Source of the DNA: Macrostomum lignano
Lineage: Eukaryota
Direction of reading: 5' to 3'
NCBI GenBank assembly: GCA_002269645.1
Contig: NIVC01002030.1
Span: 285,389-349,388, forward strand
DNA: 64,000 bases
The notes under the pieces: generated by a model
The model's database searches: none
What the model saw: only the letters and a program-made list of their open reading frames with translations
Told to the model about the DNA's origin: nothing
Program-made: the position numbers and the translations under genes
In this document: positions 13,051 to 24,158 of the stretch, one piece after another
Numbering within the stretch: position 1 is the first letter of the stretch
Layout of the letters: every line of letters starts with the position of its first letter

Positions 13051-13499
13051 ATTGTGGCAGATACTGCATGGCAACAAGAACTCACTCAATATTAAATGAC
13101 TTTGTTAGCTTAAATTGCTTAGTAAATTGTTAAATAGGAAGTAAGCCTCGGTACCTCTCAGTAACCAAGTGTGGAGCGTAATAACATTAACTAAGCTTCT
13201 CATTGAAGAATGGAATTCACTGTGTATGCTTCTTTAATATTCAAGAAAATAAAAGACAAACTCAGAACTGCAGTATTACATAAAAGAATTCCTTCATTTC
13301 CGGTGGATTAAAAAAATTGAAAACTGCGCAGATTATAAAGTGACTCAGGATACAGAATTCAGTTGCCTAGTTTTAACTCATTGTAGTGCCTTTGCGCTTT
13401 TACACAGCAGATCAAAACTGCATACAAAAATTTTGTTACTTGGATCATCTTTCGAATCTCTTTAATTGTCGTGAGATTAGTGGAAATTTTTATCGGAAC

Positions 13500-14050
13500 T
13501 CAAAAAAGACACCCTAACATCAAAGTATAGACACTCGGACACCAGAATATAGTCAACCTGATAAAGACACCCTGAAATCAGAATAGGCACCCCTGACATC
13601 AGAATAGGCACCCCTGACATCAGAATAGGCACCCCTGACATCAGAATATGGACAGCCTGACATCAGAATATAGACGCCTTGGAATCAGAATGGACACCCT
13701 GACGGCAGAATAGACACCCTGACATCAGAATAGACACCCTGACATCAGAATAGACACCCTGACATCAGAATAGACACCCTGACATCAGAATAGACACCCT
13801 GACATCAGAATAGACACCCTGACATCAGAATAGACACCCTGACATCAGAATAGACACCCTGACATCAGAATAGACACCCTGACATCAGAATAGACACCCT
13901 GACATCAGAATAGACACCCTGACATCAGAATAGACACCCTGACATCAGAATAGACACCCTGACATCAGAATAGACACCCTTACATCAGAATATAGGCACC
14001 CTGACATCAGAATAGACACCATGACGTCAGAACAGATACTCCTGACATCA
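13500..14050. repeat. 20-bp minisatellite GACACCCTGACATCAGAATA
   Basis: Tandem copies. Confidence 0.95.
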
Positions 14051-14387
14051 AAACTGGCCCATTACTTTCTGGCTTTCGAATAAAAGTTCATAAAACGCGA
14101 TTCTTCAGAAAATTGTCATCAAAGTCTCGAATGTCGCTCTGCTTACATATTTTGTGTATTTCTAAAACATAAACAGTTTTTGCAATAATTCGAAAATAGA
14201 TTATTCGACTTAATAATAAGTAAAACATAGAAAAATATCTGCATACAACAAAAGACACAGAGAGGCGCGAGTTTCAGGCATCGTGTTCTCAACTGGTAAA
14301 TTAATAGACTGTTAAACAGATAAAAAATAATAAACAATTCTAAGTGTGTTCTGCGTATTTTTTAGGAACAAGACATCAACGTGCAGT

Positions 14388-14605
14388 GCTTGCACTTTTG
14401 GTGGAGAAAAGTGCACGGTGTACTTTTAGTGGAGAAAAGTGCACGGTGTACTTTTAGTGGAGAAAAGTGCACGGTGTACTTTTAGTGGAGAAAAGTGCAC
14501 GATGTACTTTTAGTGGAGAAAAGTGCACGGTGTACTTTTAGTGGAGAAAAGTGCACGATGTACTTTTAGTGGAGAAAAGTGCACGATGTACTTTTAGTGG
14601 AGAAG
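14388..14605. repeat. 28-bp hairpin-capable minisatellite TACTTTTAGTGGAGAAAAGTGCACG(G/A)TG
   Basis: About 7-8 head-to-tail copies, no spacers. Confidence 0.95.
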
Positions 14606-14665
14606 AATTTATAGTCTTTCAGCAAAGCAGTTTTAGAAACCTGTGTACATTTTTGTCGTTTGAGA

Positions 14666-14810
14666 GCCAAACCTCCAAGGCACAGAGAGTTTAAACGCCT
14701 GACGATTAGAAAGTCAGGGACCGCTGCACACCCTGTGTGAGCGTGTGTTTAAGTGCGTGCCTGTGTACAGTATTGGCCTAGCTTGTATGTGTTCAGGAGT
14801 CAGCGGAATG
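14666..14810 (+). mobile_element. SINE body fragment (same family as 62640-63025)
   Basis: GCCAAACCTCCAAGGCACAG…CCTGACGATTAGAAAGTCAGGGACCGCTG…CCTGTGTACAGTATT…TCAGGAGTCAGCGGAATG aligns by eye to the SINE body. Confidence 0.6.
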
Positions 14811-14884
14811 AACGTGTGACTCAACTAATGGTTCAAGCTGATAGCTGGTTTAGCCAACTATATATAATATCACTCCTGATGTCA

Positions 14885-17324
14885 TCAAGGTCGCTTTGAC
14901 ACCGGCCGAGGCTGCGGTTGAATCTGCGTCTGGATCGGCAGCGGCGGCGGCAACTGCTGCTGCTGCTGCTGCTGCTGTTGATGGTGATGAGTTCGAACTG
15001 CTTGAGCTCTGCGCTTCAAATCCGCTGCCCGACTGCCCATGGCTGAGGTGAGAGCCGGCAGCCGGCTCATATTGCTGTTTTCTCTAGCGTTGCTGCCGTA
15101 CTGATGCCGCTGAAACTGAAGACGTGCCTGCTGTGCAGGTCGAAGGTTCGTCAGCTCTTTGTGGCTCGCTTTCTGACTGCCTGCAGCATTGGCTGCACGA
15201 AGTCGATCAAGCTCCGCTGATTGTTGATCGATCCGATGAAGAAGTCGCTTGATAATCTGTTGACATTCGGCCAGATCTGTTGGCAAATCTGCACCCTCAG
15301 TCGGGGTTCGCTGCTCCGTAGATGTCGAGAAGGTTGGAGCTTCGCGACTGGCGATGGATGAGAGGTGGGGTGGCTTAACGCTAGGGGCCAGTTTGTTCCT
15401 AGATCACTACTTGTCTGACAACCACTTCACTCCACATGCATATCTTGTCCATCCACCCACCACCTCACTCTCCATACATCTCTGTCCCCTGACCACCACC
15501 TCACTCCCCGTACATCTCTATACCCTAGCACCCAACCACCTCACTCTCCATACATCTCTGTCCCCTGAACACCACCTCACTCCCCGTACATCTCTATACC
15601 CTAGCACCCAACCACCTCACTCTCCATACATTTCTGTCCCCTGACCACCACCTCACTCCCCGTACATCTCTATACCCTAGCACCCAACCACCTCACTCTC
15701 CATACATCTCTGTCCCCTGACCACCACCTCACTCCCCGTACATCTCTATACCCTAGCACCCAACCACCTCACTCTCCATACATTTCTGTCCCCTGACCAC
15801 CACGTCACTCCCCGTACATCTCTATACCCTAGCACCCAACCACCTCACTCTCCATACATCTCTGTCCCCTGACCACCACCTCACTCCCCGTACATCTCTA
15901 TACCCTAGCACCCAACCACCTCACTCTCCATACATCTCTATCCCCGGACCACCACCTCACTCCCCGTACATCTCTATACCCTAGCACCCAACCACCTCAC
16001 TCTCCATACATTTCTGTCCCCTGACCACCACCTCACTCCCCGTACATCTCTATACCCTAGCACCCAACCACCTCACTCTCCATACATCTGTCCCCTGACC
16101 ACCACCTCACTCCCCGTACATCTCTATACCCTAGCACCCAACCACCTCACTCTCCATACATCTCTATCCCCGGACCACCACCTCACTCCCCGTACATCTC
16201 TATACCCTAGCACCCAACCACCTCACTCTCCATACATTTCTGTCCCCTGACCACCGCCTCACTCCCCGTGTATGATATCCTAACCTACCACCAGCCTCAC
16301 TCTGCATACATCTCTGTCCCCCAACCCAGAAACTCACTCCCCTTACATCCTAGACGAGCTTCGCAATAACCAAGATGTCAATGCTTACCGATCAGGATTG
16401 GTTTGAGTTGGCGCAGTAGCATAAGCCTGTGCTTGTGCCGGGCTGAAAGAAGAAATGGACCACAAAAGTATTTATTAGGAGTACTTTTTATGCTTTGGTA
16501 TAGCTTGACATGCTCTCATCGTATAATCGTTTATATTCAAGAAATTTTTTTTTACTTGTTAGCCAGCATCTCAGTTTGTGATGCGTTGCCAGTTCTAGGC
16601 CTTGAAATGGCTGGATATTCTTGTTTCTGCTGATGCAGCTGCGACTGTTGTTGTTTTTGTTGAGTCTCTTTGGCGAGAAGTTGCTTTTTCAAATCGGAAA
16701 TCTCTCGAAGAAGCTCAGCAACATCTGGCTGCTGCTGCTGCTGTTGTTGTTGCTGTTGCTGCTGCTGTTGTTGTTGCTGGGGCGGCAGCTGGTCAGTGTT
16801 GACAGCATCCGAAGGCGAGGACTGTCGACGAAGCGACGCTCGACTGGCCATAACAAGTCGATATTGCAAATCTATGGAAAGAAAATGGACAGAGAGAGAG
16901 AGAATTCCATCGACAGCTGAAACAGAAGGACGCTACGTTTGCCGAGGTTTCACTCAAGGACTACTAAATTTAGTTAGAAAAATGAACTCCTGTTGGCAAA
17001 GTTCGTCTAGCAGATTTTTCGCTATAGAAAATCCATCTAAACAAGCTGTTTTACAAGCTATAACGCTTACCTAAAATTCTTGAATCCATACTAACAATAA
17101 AGTTACTTTTAATGAAGGATTAGCACACAAAGTAACCCTTTAATTACTAACTTACCATTATTTTCCCTGCGTAATCTTTCAATTTCTGATCGCAGAGCTA
17201 GCAAAATTTCCTCATGCTGATCTCTCAAAAACTCCACATCGTTTGCATTCGAGTGTCCACTGTGCCATCCTGGATAGCGCTGCTGCCCACGGCTGGGTTC
17301 ACTGGCTGAGAATTCGGCCTCCAT
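14885..17324 (-). CDS. CCDC74: CCDC74-like coiled-coil protein (~333 aa). Exons 17324-17156, 16871-16556, 16442-16389, 15347-14885
   Basis: N-terminal VEFLRDQHEEILLALRSEIERLRRENN-DLQYRLVM matches the CCDC92/CCDC74 coiled-coil motif as I recall it (LQFLQQQHSEML..LHEEIE.LKRENKDL.Y.L.M). C-terminal PTDLAECQQIIKRL…LPAL…LKRRAQAV matches the CCDC74 C-domain pattern. Canonical GT-AG junctions join in frame (1002 nt). In-frame TAA lies just upstream of the ATG. Confidence 0.85.
15420..16330. repeat. 76-bp dimeric minisatellite (two related ~38-bp halves) in a CCDC74 intron
   Basis: Period 76 (e.g. CTGACC at 15641 and 15717). Confidence 0.95.
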
Positions 17325-18262
17325 TTATGAGTCAACTATACTTTTTTAAGAGCATAAAGTAAAATCATCTTGCATTTTTAGAAAATGATTTTTATGCGGG
17401 ATGCAAAAATAATGTATTGGGGATATTTTATTTTCAAGCGATATCGGTTAATGTTCTTTCATGCTGTCATTATATGCATTCCTTTCTAAATAGAAATTTA
17501 TAATATAAATAGCAGATTTTGGCATCGGCATAGGTAGGCACTTATAAGATTTGAGCATAAGCATAGTCATAGAACAATTAGGCCTAAAGAGTATAATAAA
17601 TTGACTGACACGTCCATGGATGTGTACTTGTTCGGACTTTCGCAACAATTTGACTTCATTTAGTAAGTTGGAAGTTATAGATTCCTCAGAATTCAATGAA
17701 TATTTCAACACCCCTCAACTAATTCTCTTGAGACATAGCGTCACTTAGCTTCCCAATACTGAATGCAATTGAGGAAATGCAATTTTTATGTTTTATAAAC
17801 TGCTAAAAACTGCTACAAATTGCTACAAACTGCACTATAAAAAATTTTGGTTTCAGTGTTAGCGAGAACAAGGTAGATATATAAGATAGATAAATAGATT
17901 TAACCATGTAATTTAGTATTTTTTTAAAAGTCAAACTGTAAACCCAAGCAGACTATAGGCTCTTTTTGTATGAAAAAACCTTTTGCTTTTAAAAAAACTA
18001 TAAGAAAAGTTAAAAACAACAAGCGTCCTAGAAAAGCTGTTTAAAAGCCACATGTATAAAATACGTTTGTTAGGTTTACAAAAAATTCGCACTACTTTAA
18101 AACATAGATAAGTAGTTTGTTTCTAAGAAATTTTTCTTTTAAAAGACAGTGACAGTTTCATTCCAATATTTCCATATGGTGGTCCTTCTACTTAAGTCGT
18201 CCTTGAATTGAATATTATTTTAAATTATCTTACTTCGTATACCATAATATATATAACATATA

Positions 18263-18815
18263 GGCAATCCTACACTTCCGTTCGGTAAATTATTTTGACA
18301 TTGAATTTTGAACAGGCGTGGTAAATAACAATGTAACCAAACAAAACTAAAACAGTGGAACATGGTAGCAGTCTGTTAGAGCGCATAGTCACTTAGAGTG
18401 TGTCTGCAGGTCATTAAGGTGTCTACAATGGATAGTAATGTCCAATCCAGTACAGGATAGCCCCAAATGGACATTGGGGATACAGACGACGCCAGAGAAA
18501 TTCCTCAATGTGTGCGTCGAAGAGAGCGTCGCTCGTGCCATGCATGTTGCGGATCTTGCGCTTCGCGTGGGCCCATGTGCCCTCCACGGTGTTGGTGTGG
18601 ACATGTCTCCATGGCAATGAAGACTGGAAGATATGAGAAATTGAAGCTCAATAAAACAAGCAGCTCACAAGCAACAGCTCCCTTAAACTGACACCCCTTT
18701 AAACTCTGTTCGCTCAAACTTTTGGCCATAGACACATTGCCAATCGACGTCATTTGACTCGGTGGTACGAATTCAAATGTGAAAATAATTTACTGAACGG
18801 AAGTGTAGGATTGCC
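18263..18815 (-). mobile_element. Non-autonomous Merlin/IS1595(ISXO2)-like DNA transposon with a transposase C-terminal remnant
   Basis: 34-bp TIRs GGCAATCCTACACTTCCGTTC(G/A)GTAAATTATTTT (18263-18296 and 18782-18815, 1 mismatch). Internal ORF 18617-18423 reads HTNTVEGTWAHAKRKIRNMHGTS…HIEEFLWRR, typical of the IS1595/Merlin C-terminus. No clear TSD. Confidence 0.85.
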
Positions 18816-19882
18816 GTAAAATGATACAAGCTATGACTATGTCTATGGCTACAGGCTATGCAATTTAAATCTGAATCATACAAAATTATAGTGTAGACAA
18901 CGCAAATGCAGTGCAATTTCTAAATTGGCAAGTTTTAGTTTTTTTATTAATGATGACAATGCACTGGATGAAGCTGTATAAAAATTACCTGCATTTTTTT
19001 TATTTAGCAATTTGGTATCCTTGTTATTAATTAATAAATTAAAAAGTAATTTTATATTAAAATATTTACGGCTTCTCTATTTTAACAAATAGTCTTATTA
19101 ATGCATTATTAATTTTGGTAAATTGATATATCTATCTAATTTAATGTATCCATCATTCTATTCTCATTTTAAATGAGATAATTGAAGTTTATCTGATTTG
19201 ATTTAATTAATGAATTAAGTCTACTGTCTAGCTACTATACAAAAGCTAGGGGGCCTATATAAAGCAGTTTTATCAATCCTAATTTACATAACTATAATAG
19301 GCAAGCATTAGATTACTTTTAAACTTTAGCCATATCTAATTTTCTCTAATTTCTAATTTGGGTACCAAAAAGCCAACTGAGGTACAAAATGATGTTACAA
19401 GTTTTTATTAGACTACTAGAGCCAACCAAGTTCCATAGCTGGCGTAAATATATTTATAGATCAAATTTTCTATTAGAAAGCAGGTGACCTTTTGCCATTT
19501 ATAAGTCTTTGACCTACAGAAGTTAGTCTATGGACTCCATATTTTTACAAATTATTCTATGAGCATACTTTTAATTTTAACACCAAGAATCCTAGTAATT
19601 ATATAATTTTTGTTGCTTCAAATGAAAAATGCATTGCAGAAAATATTAAAGTTAAATTAAATGGTATCTAGCCTAGAAAAGAAACAGGATGCCAATTTGA
19701 TATTTGGGCTTCAAACTCATAATACCAAATGTAAATTTAATGTGTCATAATAAACACTTTAACTAAAAACCTTAGTATTATTGATTTCTTCAAACTACCT
19801 CTTTTTCAGCCTAATTCAAATCTAGTTCCAAGCTTATATAGCTGCAGTTTTTTGCTAATTATAATAAATAAAACAAATAAGT

Positions 19883-21514
19883 ATGAGGCGCAGCACTGCA
19901 GGTGCTAATGGCAACTCTGTCGCCACACCACCTAAAAACAAGCCCCCTTGGAATTCGCATCAACCAAGGACACCCAGTGGAAGGACTATTGCATCTTCAC
20001 CTAGCACTCCGCGAGCTGCCACTAACAAGGAGAATATTTTGGTATGTGTTAAACAACTTTATTTATACGAATATCATATTTTAATTAATTTCTTGCAGAA
20101 TGCATGCATAAGAATTAATATCAATATTTCATGTTTCTCTAGGATGACAGTCTACCCTCAATCTCAGTCTCCAGCAGCTACAATGCAGCAACTGCTGCAT
20201 CATCAGCCACGCTACCAAATCAAAATCATAAACCTGCGCCTTCCTCTGTTGGACCAGTGAAAAGTGCTTGCTTATCGGCCAAGGCTGGAGCTACTCGCCG
20301 ATCTGGACAGGGTCTCGGTGGTGGCATGACCCAGCAGCCCATTACACCGACAAACCAAGAGTTCGAGGTCACCACGTGTTCGGGTCTATTAAAAGAAGTC
20401 CTGGCAAGCGCTGGTGCGTGCTTGACTGTTGAAATTAGCACCTGTGTTGTAAATTAATCGAGATATTTATATAGATGGGTTACCCATTGATGATTGATTG
20501 ATTGAGACATATGGCAGCCATTGAATGACCAATATAATAGACATATGGCAGCCATTGAATGACCAATATAAGAGACAAGGGCAGCCATTGAATGACCAAT
20601 ATAATAGACATGGGGCAGCCATTGAATGACCAATATAAGAGACATGGGGCAGCCATTGAATGACCAATATAAGAGACATAGGCAGCCATTGAATGACCAA
20701 TATAAGAGACATGGGGCAGCCATTGAATGACCAATATAAGAGACATAGGCAGCCATTGAATGACCAATATAAGAGACATGGGGCAGCCATTGAATGACCA
20801 ATATAAGAGACATAGGCAGTCATTGAATGACCAATATAAGAGACATGGGGCAGCCATTGAATGACCAATATAAGAGACATGGGGCAGCCATTGAATGACC
20901 AATATAAGAGACATAGGCAGCCATTGAATGACCAATATAAGAGACATGGGCAGCCATTGAATGACCAATATAAGAGTCATGGGGCAACATCGCACAAAAT
21001 AAAAAAATTATCAAAACAAAACGTTGCCAGCATCCGCATCGATCAGCAGCCTGAAACGCGGCCAGCAGCCGCAGCCAGCAGCGTCGCCGGACCCCCTGGT
21101 CGCCATTCGCCAGCTTGCATGTCAACTGGCCGGCAAAGTGGCTCACAGGCCTGACTGTGTCAGCCTGCTGTCCCAGCTGGACGGCCACATTGACCAGCTG
21201 GCGGCGGACATTGACACGGTGGCCAGTCAGCTCAGAGACGAGAATCGCGCGCTGCGTCGTCGAGTTCGTCAATTGGAAGGGAAATTAAAAACTGCTAGCA
21301 GCTCTGGCCAATCAGAATCGATGGCCGCCAGTGCTGCCAGCCAATCAGAAGCCGCCAGGCGGGAATGGGGCCGCAGGGAGGCTCAGCTGCTCGCCAGGCT
21401 GCAGGCAGCCGAAGCGGCTCGAGGCTCGTTGGAGTCTCGAACTGTCGCGTTGGAGAAAGAGCTGAAAGAGATGACTAGGTGAGAACTGGCTGTCTGGCTG
21501 TCTGTCTGGCTGGC

Positions 21515-21547
<33 letters not shown>

Positions 21548-21562
21548 GGCTGGCTGGCTGGC

Positions 21563-21593
<31 letters not shown>

Positions 21594-21631
21594 GTGTCTG
21601 TCTGTCTGTGTGTCTGTCTATCCATCCATCC

Positions 21632-21673
<42 letters not shown>

Positions 21674-22325
21674 GTATCTATTCTTTATCTATCTATTTAA
21701 CAAGACCTTCAAGTTTTTACTGATAGGGAACAGCTGACCCTCTGTTCATTTTTGCCTTGATTGATCTTAATTATACAGGCTCTCTCGCCCAATTAGCGTC
21801 GTTAGCAACGGGGCTAGCAACGCCCCTGCGTCGGCTTCGGCGGCAGCTGCGACACCCCCTGTGCCAACTCCGACCAGCGCTTTGCTCACAGCCGAGAATT
21901 TGGCTCGCCACGCCGCACTGGTTGCCAATTCGCCTTCGTCAGCTTTCAACTACGGTGAGGAGGATGATTACGCAATCAGTAGCGTCAGTCAGCAGCAGCA
22001 GCGGCATCAGCAGCCTCGTATTAATATCAATAATAATAATAACTATAATTGCCGAGATTATCAAGCTGTTTTGCCGCCGCCTGCTGCGACATCTTCGCCG
22101 CCGACTCTCGACACGGCGCCGGCGTCGGCTCCAGCGCCGACTCAGCCAGCAGGTCTCAGAGACGCTGATGATGATGATGATGATGAAGAATCTCTAGACA
22201 GCGATCTGGGAGACTCTGACGCTGACGAGGCCGAGTTTCGTAGGGGATTAGCAAGAATTGAAGAGCAGATTGCCCGGCTACAGTCGTCTCTAGGGGCGAG
22301 TAATGGCAAGTGTGCTAACAGTTGA
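19883..22325 (+). CDS. Spliced gene B: unknown low-complexity/coiled-coil protein (~474 aa). Exons 19883-20041, 20143-20413, 21031-21478, 21779-22325
   Basis: Donors GTATGT (20042), GTGCGT (20414), GTGAGA (21479). Acceptors tttctctag|, gttgccag|, ttatacag|. Phases 0/1/2 are consistent, 1425 nt total. Heptad segments (QLRDENRALRRRVRQLE; FRRGLARIEEQIARLQSSL). Confidence 0.8.
20495..20985. repeat. 34-35-bp minisatellite GCAGCCATTGAATGACCAATATAAGAGACAT(G)GG in intron 2 of gene B
   Basis: About 14 tandem copies. Confidence 0.95.
21487..21695. repeat. Compound (CTGT)n/(CTGG)n/(CTAT)n microsatellite
   Basis: Directly visible, starts just after donor 21479. Confidence 0.95.
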
Positions 22326-22524
22326 TGAGTAGGCTGGTTTCAATCCCATCAGATCATTTTTTGTGTTCTAGTTATTATCTTTGCTAGAATCGTATGTAAA
22401 CTTGAAATTCTTCATACAAAAGAACTGCGGTTCTAAAATTTATTTTTTAAACCATTTTCCTTAATAGGATTCCAGAAAGTCGCTTATTAAAAAGACTCTT
22501 TTTATTCTCCAAAAGTGCCAATAA

Positions 22525-22790
22525 ACTCTTAGGAATCGCCCTGAATTTTTAGGAATCGCCCTGAACTCTCAGAAATCACCTTGCCACTCTTAGGAATCGC
22601 CCTGCACTTTTTAGGAATCGCCCTGTACTCTTAGAAAATCACCTTGCACTCTTGTGAATCGCCCTGCACTTATAGGAATCGCCGTGTACTCTTAGAAAAT
22701 CACCTTGCACTCTTGGGAATCGCCCTGTACTTTAAGAAATCGCCCTGCACTCTTAGAAATCACCCTGCACTCTTAGGAATCGCCCTACAA
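22525..22790. repeat. ~21-bp degenerate minisatellite TTAGGAATCGCCCTGCACTC
   Basis: Tandem copies. Confidence 0.85.
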
Positions 22791-23377
22791 AACATTCGAT
22801 TTGCAAAGTTGCTCACAGGCCTAGCTTAAATGCTTATACTTATAAATAGGCTATTTTTATTCATTCCATTTTTGTGTCAACATTTTTTGCGTGCTATTAC
22901 ACAAAATTAATTAAATAATTGTGGTCCAATACAGGATTTAAGTTTAAGTAACTAATCAAATTACGGTTAACAAGTAAATGCAGTGCATTTGTTATGTTTT
23001 TAGCTGTATTTTAGAATCCATTTATTAATAATTATAACCATTTCTTTATTGCATAGTGAAAATATACTTATTGCAAAGTACGTTTTTTACTGCCTTAAAA
23101 ACAAATTATTTTGCAAGTCTTTAAAAGTGCTTCAACTTACTATATTATAGTAAGTAGCTTGTATTTACTTTACAAGATCTTTTACAATTTACAAGATAAA
23201 CAAATAAAAGTTTTCTTACATCACCTAACAAGCGCATCAGACAGAAATATTGCCACAGCTGAATAAATATAATACAACAAGACAATTAAAAAATTTGCCA
23301 ATATTCTACTTACAGTAGAGTAAGTAGCTTACAGTGACACGAAATCAATAGAATTCTATAGAGTCAATAAATAGAGT

Positions 23378-24080
23378 TGGTGAAGTTTCGAGTTTCGGGT
23401 TTGTGAAGTTTTGAGCTTGTGAAGTTTCGGGTTTGTGAAGTTTCGAGTTTCGGGTTTGTGAAGTTTTGAGCTTGTGAAGTTTCGGGTTTGTGAAGTTTCG
23501 GGTTGGTGAAGTTTCGGGTTGGTGAAGTTTCGGATTTGTGAAGCTCCGAGCTTGAGAAGTTTCGGTTTGGTGAAGTTTCGGGTTTGTGAAGTTTCGGGGT
23601 TTGTGAAGTTTCGGGTTTGTGAAGTTTCGGGTTGGTGAAGTTTCGAGTTTGTGAAGTTTCGGGTTTGTGAAGCTCCGAGCTTGAGAAGTTTCGGGTTTGT
23701 GAAGTTTTGGGTTTGTGAAGCTTCGAGCTTGAGAAGTTTCGGGTTTGTGAAGTTTCGGGGTTTTCAAGTTTCGGGTTTGTGAAGCTCCGAGCTTGAGAAG
23801 TTTCGGGTTTGTGATGTTTCGGGTTTGTGAAGCTTCGAGCTTGAGAAGTTTTGAGCTTGTGAAGTTTCGGGTTTGTGAAGTTTCGGGTTTGTGAAGCTCC
23901 GAGCTTGCGAAGTTTCGGTTTGGTGAAGTTTCAGGTTTGTGAAGTTTCGTATTGGTGAAGTTTCGAGGTTTTGAAGTTTCGGGTTTGTGAAGCTCCGAGC
24001 TTGAGAAGTTTCGGGTTTGTGAAGCTTCGAGCTTGAGAAGTTTTGGGCTTGTGAAGTTTCGGGTTTGTGAATTTTCGGGT
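23378..24080. repeat. 16-bp degenerate minisatellite GTGAAGTTTCGGGTTT
   Basis: Tandem copies; explains ORF 23345-24100. Confidence 0.93.
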
Positions 24081-24158
24081 TTTTTACTACAGCCTAACAA
24101 CTCTTTCGTACATGTATAATTAGAGACTCAAAGTGAGTGAGCAGTCCAGCTTTTGTTC

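Noticed and set aside
14388-14605. CRISPR-like 28-bp hairpin repeats
   Set aside because: Head-to-tail with no unique spacers, no cas genes, eukaryotic context.
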